This document shows, piece after piece, positions 1-11,893 of a DNA stretch of 64,000 bases. The stretch covers positions 1,674,001-1,738,000 of the forward strand of contig NEEC01000016.1 in the NCBI GenBank assembly GCA_002189035.1, read 5' to 3'. This stretch comes from Utricularia gibba. Lineage: Eukaryota; Plantae; Magnoliophyta. The stretch's first letter is position 1. The number at the start of each line of letters is the position of its first letter. Under the pieces are notes generated by a model, which was not told where the DNA came from, made no database searches, and saw only the letters and a program-made list of their open reading frames with translations. A program made the translations under genes and the position numbers.

Positions 1-249
1 TAATGATGATAATACTAATGATATTGTCTCATATGGTAATGAACTATCAAGAGCAGATGCATTCAACACAGCAACAAAATGGTAACGTGGTCACATTAAT
101 CTTTTTTTTTTATATATTAGTCACTTTTTATTATTAATTATTTAACAAAGTAATAGTGCCTTACCTTAAATATCGCATTTATTTCTTTCTAGCCTTTTCA
201 TTGCAATCACAATTTAGAGTTTCTGAGGCTCCACCATGGCTTTCTTTTC

Positions 250-930
250 AACCTTCACTTATGTAGCAAGATTCAATGGATGTGTCAATTTTATATAGTC
301 AAAAATTTGCTAAAGATTCTTCTATCTTGGAGGTCAATCAAATGTTTCCATCCAAAGAAGAAGCTTTAGACTTTGTTTCTGAATATTCAATGGGAGTATA
401 AGATATATAAAAGTGATTCCAAGATGTTCGAGATTTAGTGTTATAGAGAGGCATATGATCCATATTGTCCTTGATGATGTGGAGTAGCTTATGTCAAAAG
501 ATATAGGTTTTTCCAACGATTTGGAAAAAAAATCACGACTTCATAGGAATATGCAGCTGAGTTTAATTGCCAAACATAGAAAATCATACTTACTCGAGGA
601 TGTTATGAAAGGTCTATCATTTGTCTCATTACATGTGTATGAAATATATGGATACAAGCTTGCATATCATAGGGCAGAAGTGGGCTATAATATTTTAAGC
701 TTGTGATGAACTTGATATCAACCCCAATGATGCAGTTCCCCAATGGTATACCATATGGATGTTGGTTAAAACATATCAGCATCAATTCAATCCATTGTAG
801 GATGAGATACAATGGCAGCCCACCATTCAATTTAGTGTATGATGAATCTCGAAAAAAAATTCTTGTGACACATCGTCCAAAAGAGAAATGCATTGAGGGG
901 GAAATGGATCGAGGAAAGGCAACATAAAAG
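250..930 (+). mobile_element. Degenerate MuDR/Mutator-like transposase remnant
   Basis: Broken frames give QMFPSKEEALDFVSEYS (MuDR N-terminal motif-like) and a C-terminal THRPKEKCIEGEMD resembling the MuDR GRPKKxRIxGEMD tail. Many stops; no TIR found. Confidence 0.45.
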
Positions 931-1339
931 AAAAAGATAAAGGAAAAGAAAAAAAAAGATAAATGAAAAGAAAAAGTTGATGAACAATCAAAACTTCTAG
1001 TACTTTCTTCAAGACAAAGGCTTAATTCAATTGAACCTCATTGATCTATGCAAGAAACAACCTATTGCGAAACCAGTACAACCAGCTAGATTTTCTATTA
1101 AAGATGCTTCAAGGAATTCAGTTCTTGATACATTTGGAAGATTATTTGAGTAAAGTCATCGATAATCAAATTATAGGTATGGGTGTGATATGAATCTTTT
1201 GTGTTATTTTATAATATTTTTAATGTATGACTATCTTCTCGTATTGTAATGATATATATTAGTATAATAGCCTTATTTTGTGTATTTTTTTTTGTTAAAT
1301 ATACTTACTTTGATATATATAATATTACACATAAAGTGA

Positions 1340-1770
1340 AGTACAAATAAAATTTTAAAATAAAAAACGGCACTCCATTTAAATAAAACCTAAGACTATA
1401 TTGATAATAAAAATTTAAAAAAAAAATACACTCTATCCAAAAAAGACCTAAACCCCTATTGATACTAAAAAAGTTAAAACAAAAGAAGTATACTTGATTC
1501 AAATAACACCTAAGAATTTACTGAAAATAAAATTTTGAAATTAAAAAAATACATTGGATCCAAATAATATCTAAGGATTGAATGAAAATACGATTTTACA
1601 ATAAAAAATGTAATCGATCCAAAAAATATCTAATAATCCATACAAATTTAAAATAAAAAAACTGTATTCGATATAAAGCTTTATTGATAACAAAAATTTA
1701 AAATAAAAAGAAACACTCCATCTAAATAAGATCAATATTGATAAAAAGAATTAAAATATAAAAAAATGTG
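1340..1770. repeat. Degenerate AT-rich minisatellite, about 8 units of 55-60 bp
   Basis: Recurring AAAATTTAAAATAAAAA..CACTCCAT.TAAATAA.ACCTAA....ATTGATAA-like unit. Confidence 0.55.
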
Positions 1771-1959
1771 TATACTGGTGTGAATAAGACTGCCCATAAG
1801 TTACCTTCCGCATGGCATGAGTTATCATAACCCACGAGGATCTTCTATTCAACCACACACGGGAACCCATGTCCGTGTGGAATTTCCTATACCCCTCAAC
1901 ATACTAACATAGCTAGTAATAGTATAATAAATTCTAACATGTAAAAAAATTCACATATG

Positions 1960-1962
<3 letters not shown>

Positions 1963-1998
<36 letters not shown>
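1963..1998. repeat. (TA)n microsatellite
   Basis: Direct reading. Confidence 0.95.
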
Positions 1999-2003
<5 letters not shown>

Positions 2004-2110
2004 TTAATTCAAAAATTAATTCAAAAATAAAAAAATAGTTAATTATAATATTCAAATTGTATTACTTATCATTCATTGTCATTTTTCATAAAAACAACAC
2101 CATAAAATCA

Positions 2111-2132
2111 ATATATATATATATATATATAT
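2111..2132. repeat. (AT)n microsatellite
   Basis: Direct reading. Confidence 0.95.
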
Positions 2133-3149
2133 TAAAGTTTGTATTTTTAGTAATTTATATATATGTATGAATAATAGTATACTAAATTATGGCAGTCTTT
2201 GACAATGTGATAAATTATTCAACAAAATATATTTTTATTAAAATATGAATATTTTTAGAATTATAGTTAAAGAAAAAAATATAAAATCTGACATAGTGTG
2301 TGACAAAATGGGTATAAAAAACTCACACACATAACATGCATCGGATAAAAAAATTATGAAGCATGTACAGCAGGGCGATTTTCTACTTAACTCAGATGCA
2401 ACGCTGCTGCACACACCACACCGTCAAAGATGTAATGCTCCTTCACTCTTCATCACTATGTTGGACGGTGATGTTGAAACTGAGAAAAATCAGAAGCACC
2501 AGGGACCTGAGGCAGAAGAGCGTGAGCCGAAGGGAAACGATGCGAGGGAGGAAAACTGTCGCAGAAAGTCCATCACCAGAAATCAGAGGGAAAATACAGA
2601 CACTGGACTTATTGTTATGGGCCCAATAAACAGTATACCAGGTCATATATGCAAGCAGAAGTTCGTTGAGCCCTGCAATGTCCCAAGCCCAATCCAGTAG
2701 AGAGCATCCTCTCCCACGAGATGACGGTTCTGCTGAAGGAGAACGGAAACAGAAATTCTCAGAGGATAAGATATCGCGAATCACACAACCTAACGGCTAT
2801 TTTTCTGTTCTATAAATATGGCTTCGTTGTAAAGTAGAAAAATGCTATTTTTGTAGCTGAAAAACCTCAATACAATATCCAAATCTCCAACAACATCCAT
2901 TCTCAAACAGCAACATCAGCAAAAATATCCTGTCAACCCTCATTACCACATTGGAAATCATCTATTCTACCACTGACCTCATTCAGACTTCCATTACACT
3001 ATGCATTAATTAATGCTGCACAGTCACGTCTCATAAAAAGTCATGTTATACTGAATTTTTTTATTATAAAAAAGGCATGAAACAAGAACAAAATAGATAA
3101 ATAAAAAACAAGGTGATGACATCAACGAAGCTTGTGAATTATGCAACTA

Positions 3150-5150
3150 ACACCACAAATCGAGTTATTCAATGTCCATGAATCACCGTTTCAGACTGCA
3201 TTATTATCGTTAGCAAAATACTATCACCGTCTACCCCAATGTCTTCGTAGCAAATCAACCTGAAACTCGAACCTAGTAATTGTTCAATTTTGCAAGCACC
3301 AAAACTATGCTAATTGCTCAGCTATAATTGACGTATGATGAGAGGTACTTTGCATTCTTCATATCTAATTAGGGACTCTTTAATCCTTTGAATAGCAACA
3401 AGGAACTTGCTAGATATGATGTCGTCCGTCCTTAATATCCTCTTAGTGGCCTTATAGAAAGTTTTTAAGATTTTTGCAATCTTGTCAATTTTTTCCCAAT
3501 CTTGGTGTGATGGATAATAAATAGATTTAGGATTCATTTCTGTAAAAATAGAAAAGAAATGTTTGTACTTTGAAGACAAGATCAACATTTTATATGTAGA
3601 ATTCTATCAGATTGACCAATCACAAATCAATTTCCTAACAGAAAATTTCATTTGATGAACAATTCTAGAAAACTTTTTAAATCTTGCTTCTAATGCAGTG
3701 ATATACTACACACTGCCTCTTATGACTTGAATGACATTTTTAATCTTTGATAATTCATCTTAAATAATCAGATTAGAAATGTGAACAATACATTTAATAT
3801 GAAACATTTTTCCTCCTAAAGGCAATCTACAAACACCTGAAAAGGTTTCTCTTAATATCTGAATCGCCACATCATTTTCGAAAGCATTATTAACTGCAAT
3901 AGAGAACATTTCCTCCAATTTCCTAATCTTTGATGCATCAACTCACTGATTCACCAATTTCTATTCCCGAATGTGGAGGGAGAATATCAATAAAACTGAA
4001 TAAATGTTTTTCAAGCTTCCAATCAAACACAAAATGATTTGTAACACACATATAAGATATCTCTTGTGATGAGTACTTCCATATATAAGTGGTAAGAGAA
4101 ATATTTCTTATCTTCTTCGAAAGTATTTTCAATTTTTTCTTCTCTTTCTTGTACATAGCCATATAATTATTTTTAGCTCTATCTTGATATATCTTTGTAT
4201 AGCTAAGTAGGTGAAGTTTCATTATAAATATAAATCTTTCTTTTTCAACCATATACTTGGTCTTGTCTTCATTAGTCAAAGTAATCTCCTCAAACGCCTT
4301 CCATACTGTACAAGTTTTTTTTTCTTTTCATTTCTTTGAAATAATCATTTTCATCACCGTCATTTTCTTCTTCAAGTGCAATAATACCATCATATATGTA
4401 AATTTCTTCTTGTTCGACATGAACACTTAATGATTCCTCTAAATCAAGTTTTCCTGATCTACATTCCTCCATGTATTCTGAATTTTCTTCCATCTAAATT
4501 TTAGAGAAGAAAATTTCGATATAATTAATAAAGGAATAAAAAAAATACATAATAAAGCAATTCAAAAACTTAAGAAATTCACAAATCCACAAACGATTTC
4601 TAACAGATCAAAATTTTTTCATACAATTCAAAAACTAAAGTAACACAAAAAACAAGAAACTCAAGCAATTTCTAACAATTTTGATAATCCAATGTTCAGT
4701 AATTTAATAATACATTTGACTAGAGAACAATCAAAATTTGAATCATGTTTTTAATAACAAAAAATATAAGCACTTAGCAAGAAATGCATGTAAATACAAA
4801 AATGAATTTATGCAAAATGTAGGCAATGTAAATAAATAAAAAATCTGATAGAATTCATCAATACTGATGTCCTCAATCGTTGAAGCACGAAAGCCTTGAT
4901 GAATTGAACCATAAAATCTGATAGATTAGGGTTTCTAACACATCTCTAAAGTCTAAACCCTTAATTACTCGAGTTAGGCTTTAAGCCATCGAGCCAAGCG
5001 CATGCTTGATCGGGCTCAGCCTGATTTAGTATATCAAGCTCGCTTGGTGGATCGAGCCCGAGCTTGGGCTTGTGCAAATCAAACTTAGACCGAGTCTTTA
5101 TCGAGCCAAGCTTCGGGCTGATTGATTAAGGCCTGGCCAAATTGCACCTA
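3150..5150 (-). mobile_element. hAT transposon remnant (RICESLEEPER/DAYSLEEPER-like transposase fragments) with one terminus
   Basis: Fragments IWKYSSQEISYMCVTNHFVFDWKLEKHLFSF..PPHSG and DWEKIDKIAKILKTFYKAT are typical of hAT transposases. Clustered TCGAGC subterminal repeats at 4960-5120 end in ATTGCACCTA (TAGGTGCAAT on minus) at 5150. Confidence 0.75.
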
Positions 5151-7680
5151 TACCTAGTAAACAAGAAATGTAAATCACATTAAAAAAGATTAAATCTAAT
5201 TGATTACTAGTGATCTATAATCTTTTATATACGTTACTATTTCACCTTCAAATTCCGATAAGGGATTGTTTGTTCTAATACCTACCCTCAAGTCGAACTG
5301 GCCTTGGATTCGATTAAGATTTGTTTGTTTTTATATAATTGTAAGTAGTACTCAAATCATAGGTCGATCTATTTTTTTTTTCATTTAAGCTCAATGCATT
5401 TCCTTATTTTATTTTTTTGTTATCCAAAACTCAAATCGGCACAAAACCCATCTTGACCACTCAAGCCCATGTCCAGAGGCAAACCCTTTGATAACATTTG
5501 AAATTAAGGATCCAATGGGTCAGACAAGCATATGTGAAGCTCAATTACATAAGAAACATAGATCATACAAGAAGATTAGATCCAACCGATTACTAGTAAT
5601 GCATAATCTCTTATATATGTAACTATTTCACCTTCAAATCAAAGGAAAACAAATGAAGTAGAAAGTCATATTATTCCACCATAGTAAAGTTTTTAGTGAT
5701 ACAAGAGGTTTAAATAGAATTCAAAGTAGAACACTTATAGATCCTAAAAATGCTCCTAAGAGGAGGATGGCTTTCTCTCTTGTTAACCAATCCCTATATA
5801 ACCAGAAGCAAACACAGAACCTGGAATCCTTTTGAGGAGGTAGCTAAGGGCATTTCGTTACTCTAATAACCAACTTTTTGAATTCTCAGTCTCCTTATCA
5901 CCCCACTTTCTTATCTCTCCCACCATCTTTATTTCTCCATTGAGTTGATTCTTCAACACCCTCCCTCAAACTTAGTTAGGGTGTAATATAAGTTTATTTC
6001 TAAGGTAGAGTAAGCATTCACTGGGCATTCTCTTAGTGAAAAGATCGACTACTTGGTGTTGTGCTGGAATATGTTGAGTAACTAAATAGCTCATGGTAAC
6101 CCTTTCTCGCACAAAGTGATAATCAAGTTCAGCATGCTTGCTTTTGGAGTAGAGAACTGGGTTCAAAGTGAGGAATAATGCACTTGTATTATCATAGTGC
6201 AAAAGAGGGGGTGAACTAAGTGGGATGTAGGTCGCTCAGTAGATATTGTAGCCATGTTAACTCTATCGCTATATTTGCCATTCCTCTATACTCTGCTTCA
6301 GTGCTAGAATGTGACATAGTGGGTTGTTTCTTTGAGCTCTAGGCAATGGGGTTTCCAACCATGAGAACACAATAGCCAGTCACTCATCTTTGAGTATAGG
6401 GGCAGCTTGCCCAATCAGCATCTGAGTATGTTTCAAGCTGTAATGGGGGTGTATTTGAGAAAAATTCCATAGTTCAAGGTGCCTTTGATGTTCTTTAAGA
6501 TCCTTGTAGCCAACATCTGATGATATACTATCGAAGAGTGCATGAATTGTGAAACATAATTCACATTGAATGTGATGTCTGGTCGGGTGAACGTGAGGTA
6601 TTGGAGAGCATCAACAAGAGCTCTAAATGCAATAGGATCAGAGAGTAGTGCTGATTCATGCATTAGATTGACCTTCGAGATCTGAGGAGTCAATGCTGGT
6701 GTGCAATCTTTTAATCCAAACCTGTCCAAAACAGAGAGAGCATAGTTTGTAGAAGATGCATCCCATCAGCAGTCATGTTAACTTGAATGCCTAAAAAATG
6801 GTGTAGTTCTCCTAGGTCCTTCATTGCAAACTCCTCGAATAGTTTTGCAATCAAGTGGTACATAAGCTATGAATTTGTTCCTGTAATGATTACACCATCA
6901 GCATATAGAAGTAGAATTAGTATTTCATTTTCAACATGAGAATAAAGAGTGAAGGGTGTGCCAAACTATAGAAAAAAAGCTATGCATAAAAGAATGACCT
7001 AAAGCAATCAAACTAAAGATGGGGCACTAGAATAAGTCCGTACAATGCCTTGGTTAATTTGCAAACATGATAAGGAAATTGTTTATACTTCATACCTGGG
7101 GGCTTGTTTCATGTATATGTCCTCTATTATTTCCATGGAGGAATGCATTTTTCACATTCAATAGCTTGACTTCCTAATTTTTAATAAGAGCTATGGGCAA
7201 GACGAATCGGATTGTACTAGGTCGGATTACTGGTGAGAAAGTTTTAGTGTAGTCTATCCCATCTGCCTAATCGAACCCTTTGGTAACCAGACAAGCCTTG
7301 AGTCGAGCACGGGATCCATCGGTATTTTGTCTTGCCCTATAAACTCATTTGTACCCTATGAAGTGAGTGGACTCATTCCTGGGCACCAATACCTAAGTAT
7401 TGTTTTTGTGCAATGCATCCAACTCCTCATCCATTCCTGTTGTCCAGCCAAGATGATTCAAGGCTTCCTTCATAGTTCTTGGTTCTATTGGTTTGCTGCG
7501 TAGTGGAAACATACATTAGGGGCAGCCCACTGCCATGGCTCACTCCCATTTTGAAGCCTAGAATTACTGTGGAAGGCGACGGTTCTTATGCAACATTAAC
7601 ATGGTTAGGAAAATGAGAATTTTTAGTATTATCTTGAGCATGTTTAGTAACTAGTGACTACATGTGGAGGGGTTGTTGAA

Positions 7681-8146
7681 TCAAGCTAGGCATGAGTCGG
7701 ACCCAGCGCGTTGCAGGTTGAATCCGCCGGGTCGGAAATTGATTTTATGACTCAATGGGTGCATCACGGGTTGACTTGGGATAGAGTAAATTGAAGTAAT
7801 TTAATGTCTAGGCACTACAATTTCATGTTTGCAGTGTCTAAGAGATGCACTGAAGCCTTTTATGTTTAGACACTATAATATCATGTTTGAGGTACCTAAA
7901 AAAAGTATTAAAACCCTTTGATGTCCAGACACTACAATTGTACATTTGCGGTGCCTGGAAGAGAGCACCAGCCCAAATTCATTGACTTGCCAAGTTGACA
8001 AGTTTAGGGTTTGATGTCTTGGAAGTTGACCAGTACTCGTGCACCTCTGACCCATCCCGTACCCATTTTGGATGGTTACGGATAATGGGTCGTCACGGGT
8101 CAACGCATGGGATATCCAGGTCGACTCGTATCCGTGCCTAGCTCTA
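7681..8146. mobile_element. 466-bp non-autonomous hAT element (MITE) of the same family as 56682-62332
   Basis: 8-bp TSD TTGTTGAA at 7673-7680 and 8147-8154. TIRs TCAAGCTAGGCATG / CGTGCCTAGCTCTA. The paralogous copia copy B has the empty site (near 33870). Subterminal GACCCATCCCGTACCC matches 62234-62250. Confidence 0.9.
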
Positions 8147-8403
8147 TTGTTGAATGGGTATCATTTAGGACTTGCTTATTGAGTTCTAGTAGTGAGTTGT
8201 CATCTTGTTTGACCAAGGGAACTTCATTGATTGTAGGTTGAACAGTTGGTGGTATATCCAATTGGACGGAAATAGGGAACTCAAATAGTTTTCTGGTGTC
8301 TTCAAGTGCTATTGCAGAAGTATGATAAGTCTTTTCCATATTTGAACCAACTTCTTGAGCAATTCCACATGGTAGTTTCTAAGTCCATTCGTCAAAGAGC
8401 TTC

Positions 8404-10888
8404 TGATAACGCATATTTTTGAGTAGCTCAATGCATAGAATTTACTCATTTTACGCTACAAAAATTAAGTTTTATTGCCTAGTTTCGTATTTTTGCGCAT
8501 AAGCACCGTAATTGTGTTATTTTAGTCAAAGGTTATGCTATGATAAAATATCTGAGTTGGAATTCTTGCATGTAGAAACGAAATTGGCCCCTCTTGATGC
8601 TCATTTTCTTAAAACTGCTAGACTTATTCGGGCACGAGGAAGTGGATTTGTTTTTAAGTCTCTTGCAGGACTTTGAGGGTAGGCACCTCCAGTGAAAGAA
8701 AAGGGAAAAACCCCTAATCAGACAGCCATGACCCAAAGGAATGAGAAAGTTTTCTACTGAACTGAAAGGATTGACATGATAAATGATAGGCTTGGGAATT
8801 TGCTAAGGAAGTGAAGGAACTAAAATAGGGAGTGAAGAACTCCTCCCTAACCAAGTAACATCGCTGCATTGTCTTAGTTTTATTTTTATTTTTATTTTAT
8901 TTTTTTAGGGCGTTAGTCTAAGTTAGGAGTAATTTAGTAGTTCGGTACTAGGATCAGGAGAATTTTGCAAGCTATTTGAGGAATTTTCATATGCACGCGT
9001 GATGCTTTTCATGAAGTACAGGATGCATGAATTTTGTTTTAACCATTTCTACACCTGTGAGCATGAATTTTAACCTACTTATCTTTGTGAGGTAGCAACA
9101 TGTGTGATGAATTCTGATTTGCGCAATCGAGATTTTTTTTGTGCAAGCTGACATATTTGGTTCTTTCATGGATACTGGTGGTCGAAAGGCTTGTAGAAAG
9201 ATAAAAAAAAAGAGGGGGTCAGAAAAGCATCATCACAAAAAAGCGATGAGACCCGATGTCTTGAAAAGCAACACACAATTAAAAAGCGTGTGTAGACAAC
9301 AGAGTAAAGAGAGAAGGAAGGTTATGAGAATGACTCAGAGGAGTTCAGTAGTAGGAAACCCTCAGGAGAAATAAAGGAGGGGAGCGAAAATTGCCTAAGT
9401 TAAGCTTGAAACTTTCACTACTCTTGATCTCTGTACAAATGAAAAAAAAAAATGAAAAGAGGAAGAAATGAAAAGAGACCATCCCTTTGAAAGCCTAATT
9501 GTGTCATGTTAGCTTATTTAATCTTTGAAGGCACTTATTTTGATGAAATTCACATGTATGCTTGAGTGATTACCCGTTTTGCACACTAACACTCTTTAAA
9601 TTCTTGCATTCTGGACTTAAATGTTAAGTGTCTGTATGGCTGTCTGGAAATCTCTCAATTGCTTACCTCCTATTAGTCTTAGTTAGGACTTGAGGACAAG
9701 TCTAGTGTCGTTGTAGCATAATGTGATAACGCATATTTTTGAGTAGCTCAATGCATAGAATTTACTCATTTTGCGATACAAAAATTAAGTTTTATTGCCT
9801 AGTTTCGTATTTTTGCGCATAAACACCGTAATTGTGTTATTTTAGTCATAGTTGGGACTAAATCATTTAGTCCCAACCTTCTAATAGTTTTATTCGAGCA
9901 ATGCAGTGTAGGTCGCAACACAAATCCCAAGGAGCCGAACATGCACAGTGTAGTGGCAGAAGATGAGTCCAAAAGTCTGAAAAATGGTGCACACAAAATC
10001 CAAGGAGAAAAAAGGGAGATTTTGGACAAAAAGGGGGAAAGGTGGAGAGAGTAGGCAGATCTCCCTTTGGAGACTCAAGACAAGTTTCTGGAGATTTTTT
10101 TGGAGGAAGAAGAAGGAGGGACGACGAACCAGAAGAACATAGCTTCTCTTGAGAAATTATTTTCGTTCTTCATGTTTAATGTTCCTAGCTAAGACTAGAT
10201 TTGGATTTCCTGTGTGAATGAAGTGTTTGTCCTACTTTTGCTTCATATTGTTAATTGTTGTTTAGCATTTGTAGCCAAGATGTTGCTTAGTATCTGCTAT
10301 GAAGTTGTTTTACTTTCCATTATCATGAGTAGCTAAGCACTTAGGGGGTGCCTTGGGGTAAAAAGGGGAGAAATATGCTAATACATCCTTAGACCTAATA
10401 AATCATAAGTCACACTACTTACTTAGCAAAACAGGATAGATCCAGGAAGGGGAGGTAGTGAAACCCAACTAACAACCCTAATTAGAGGTAGATCAAAGAT
10501 TAGGGGGAAAAACAAGAATCCGGGTAGACCTAGATCTTGTAAGTTAGTTGTATGATTTTTGATTTATGTGAGCTTGTTTAGTGATAGGCATACATCCCCT
10601 ATGAGTCCCAAGGCATCACCCATTCCATTCCAGAAACCACCGAATCCAAACTTGTTACCTTTTACTTACTGCATTCCATCGTAGATATGTTTTATTCCTA
10701 GCTAAGACCAATTTTACCAACGTGACATTGATTCCTTGCATTGACCTTCACATAGCAAGCACCTAGCTCCTTGTGTTCGACCCTAGTCCACTATGCTCAT
10801 AATTGTTTTATGCTCTAATGTGTATTAGATTATAAATTTATTTGATAGGAAAGTTTACATTTACGACGTGCGAATTTTTTGTTTTTCA
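8404..10888 (+). mobile_element. Internally deleted Athila-like gypsy element: about 127 bp of 5' LTR, 3' non-coding region, full 3' LTR (9724-10888)
   Basis: TG...CA ends, TSD GCTTC/GCTTG. 8404-8530 nearly identical to 9724-9850. CTTGAGGACAAG motif precedes the 3' LTR. Empty site in copy B near 34120. Confidence 0.8.
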
Positions 10889-11893
10889 GCTTGTAAATCA
10901 AACCTGACGAAAGTGGAGACACATCATTAGTATGCTTAAACAGAATTAGTCTCATGAAAAATCACATGACAGGAGGTATGATTTTTCTTGGTGATAGGGT
11001 CAAAACAATGATACCCTTTGTAACTATTGATATAACCGATAAAAACATAGAGTGTAGTTTCTCAAGAAAACTTGTTTGTCTTTATATCCGATAGATAAGG
11101 AAAACATTTAGCACCAAATACTCTCAATATAGAATAATTGGGGTGAGGGGAAAATAAGTATAAATAAGGTGACTCTCTCTTTTGTGAGATGGATGGTAGT
11201 CGGTTGAGCAAATACAAAGTTGATCCAAATGCCTCTACCTAGAGTAATAATGGTAAACCATTATAAAATAACAGTGACATTTCATGTTCGCGAATGGTTC
11301 TATGTTTCCTTTTAATCATGCCCTTATGTTTGTGTGTATATGGACAAGAGAAAAAAAATGATGCATTCATTGCTGCAAGAAATAAGATTTGACATCATTA
11401 TTAACAAATTCATCTCCATTGTCATTTTTTTAAATTTTAGCGTGCCTTTGAAATTGACCTTGAACATACTTTTCAAATTGAATATGCATTGACAAGGCAT
11501 GCATAATAATGAAAACCGGCATGAGACACGATTGATGCTGGGCCCCACAAATTACAGTATTTTTTTTTTCTAAAGGAGTAGTAGAAATAGAGTCTAATTT
11601 AATAATGGTAATTTAGATAGCATTTCAAATTGACAGCTATCATAGAATGTAGATTGATTTGACTTGTTCACAGTGATCAAGCCTTTATTTTTTAATAAGG
11701 GGACCATAGCATCTTGCGGATGTCCAAGATGCAGGTGCCACAAGTAAGATGAGCAAGAATTCAAACGATAAGAAAAATAGGCTGCTGGTGAATCTTCCAT
11801 CACATAGAGGCCCCTTCTATGTTGCTCTTTAATCTTGGGATGTCCCATAGCTTGTTCCTTTATAAAAAAAAAAAACTTTTGTCAATAAATTCA

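Noticed and set aside
1853-1917. Hairpin CACACGG...CCGTGTG followed by CTAG as a Helitron 3' end
   Set aside because: The CTAG is roughly 35 nt from the hairpin, farther than the usual spacing, and no 5' TC end or Rep/helicase is visible.
2356-2784. Three overlapping ORFs of 88-114 aa
   Set aside because: No recognisable domain. The segment (GGGCCCAAT, CTATAAATA, purine-rich tract) looks like LTR-type non-coding DNA, but I could not fix ends or a TSD, so it is not listed as a feature.
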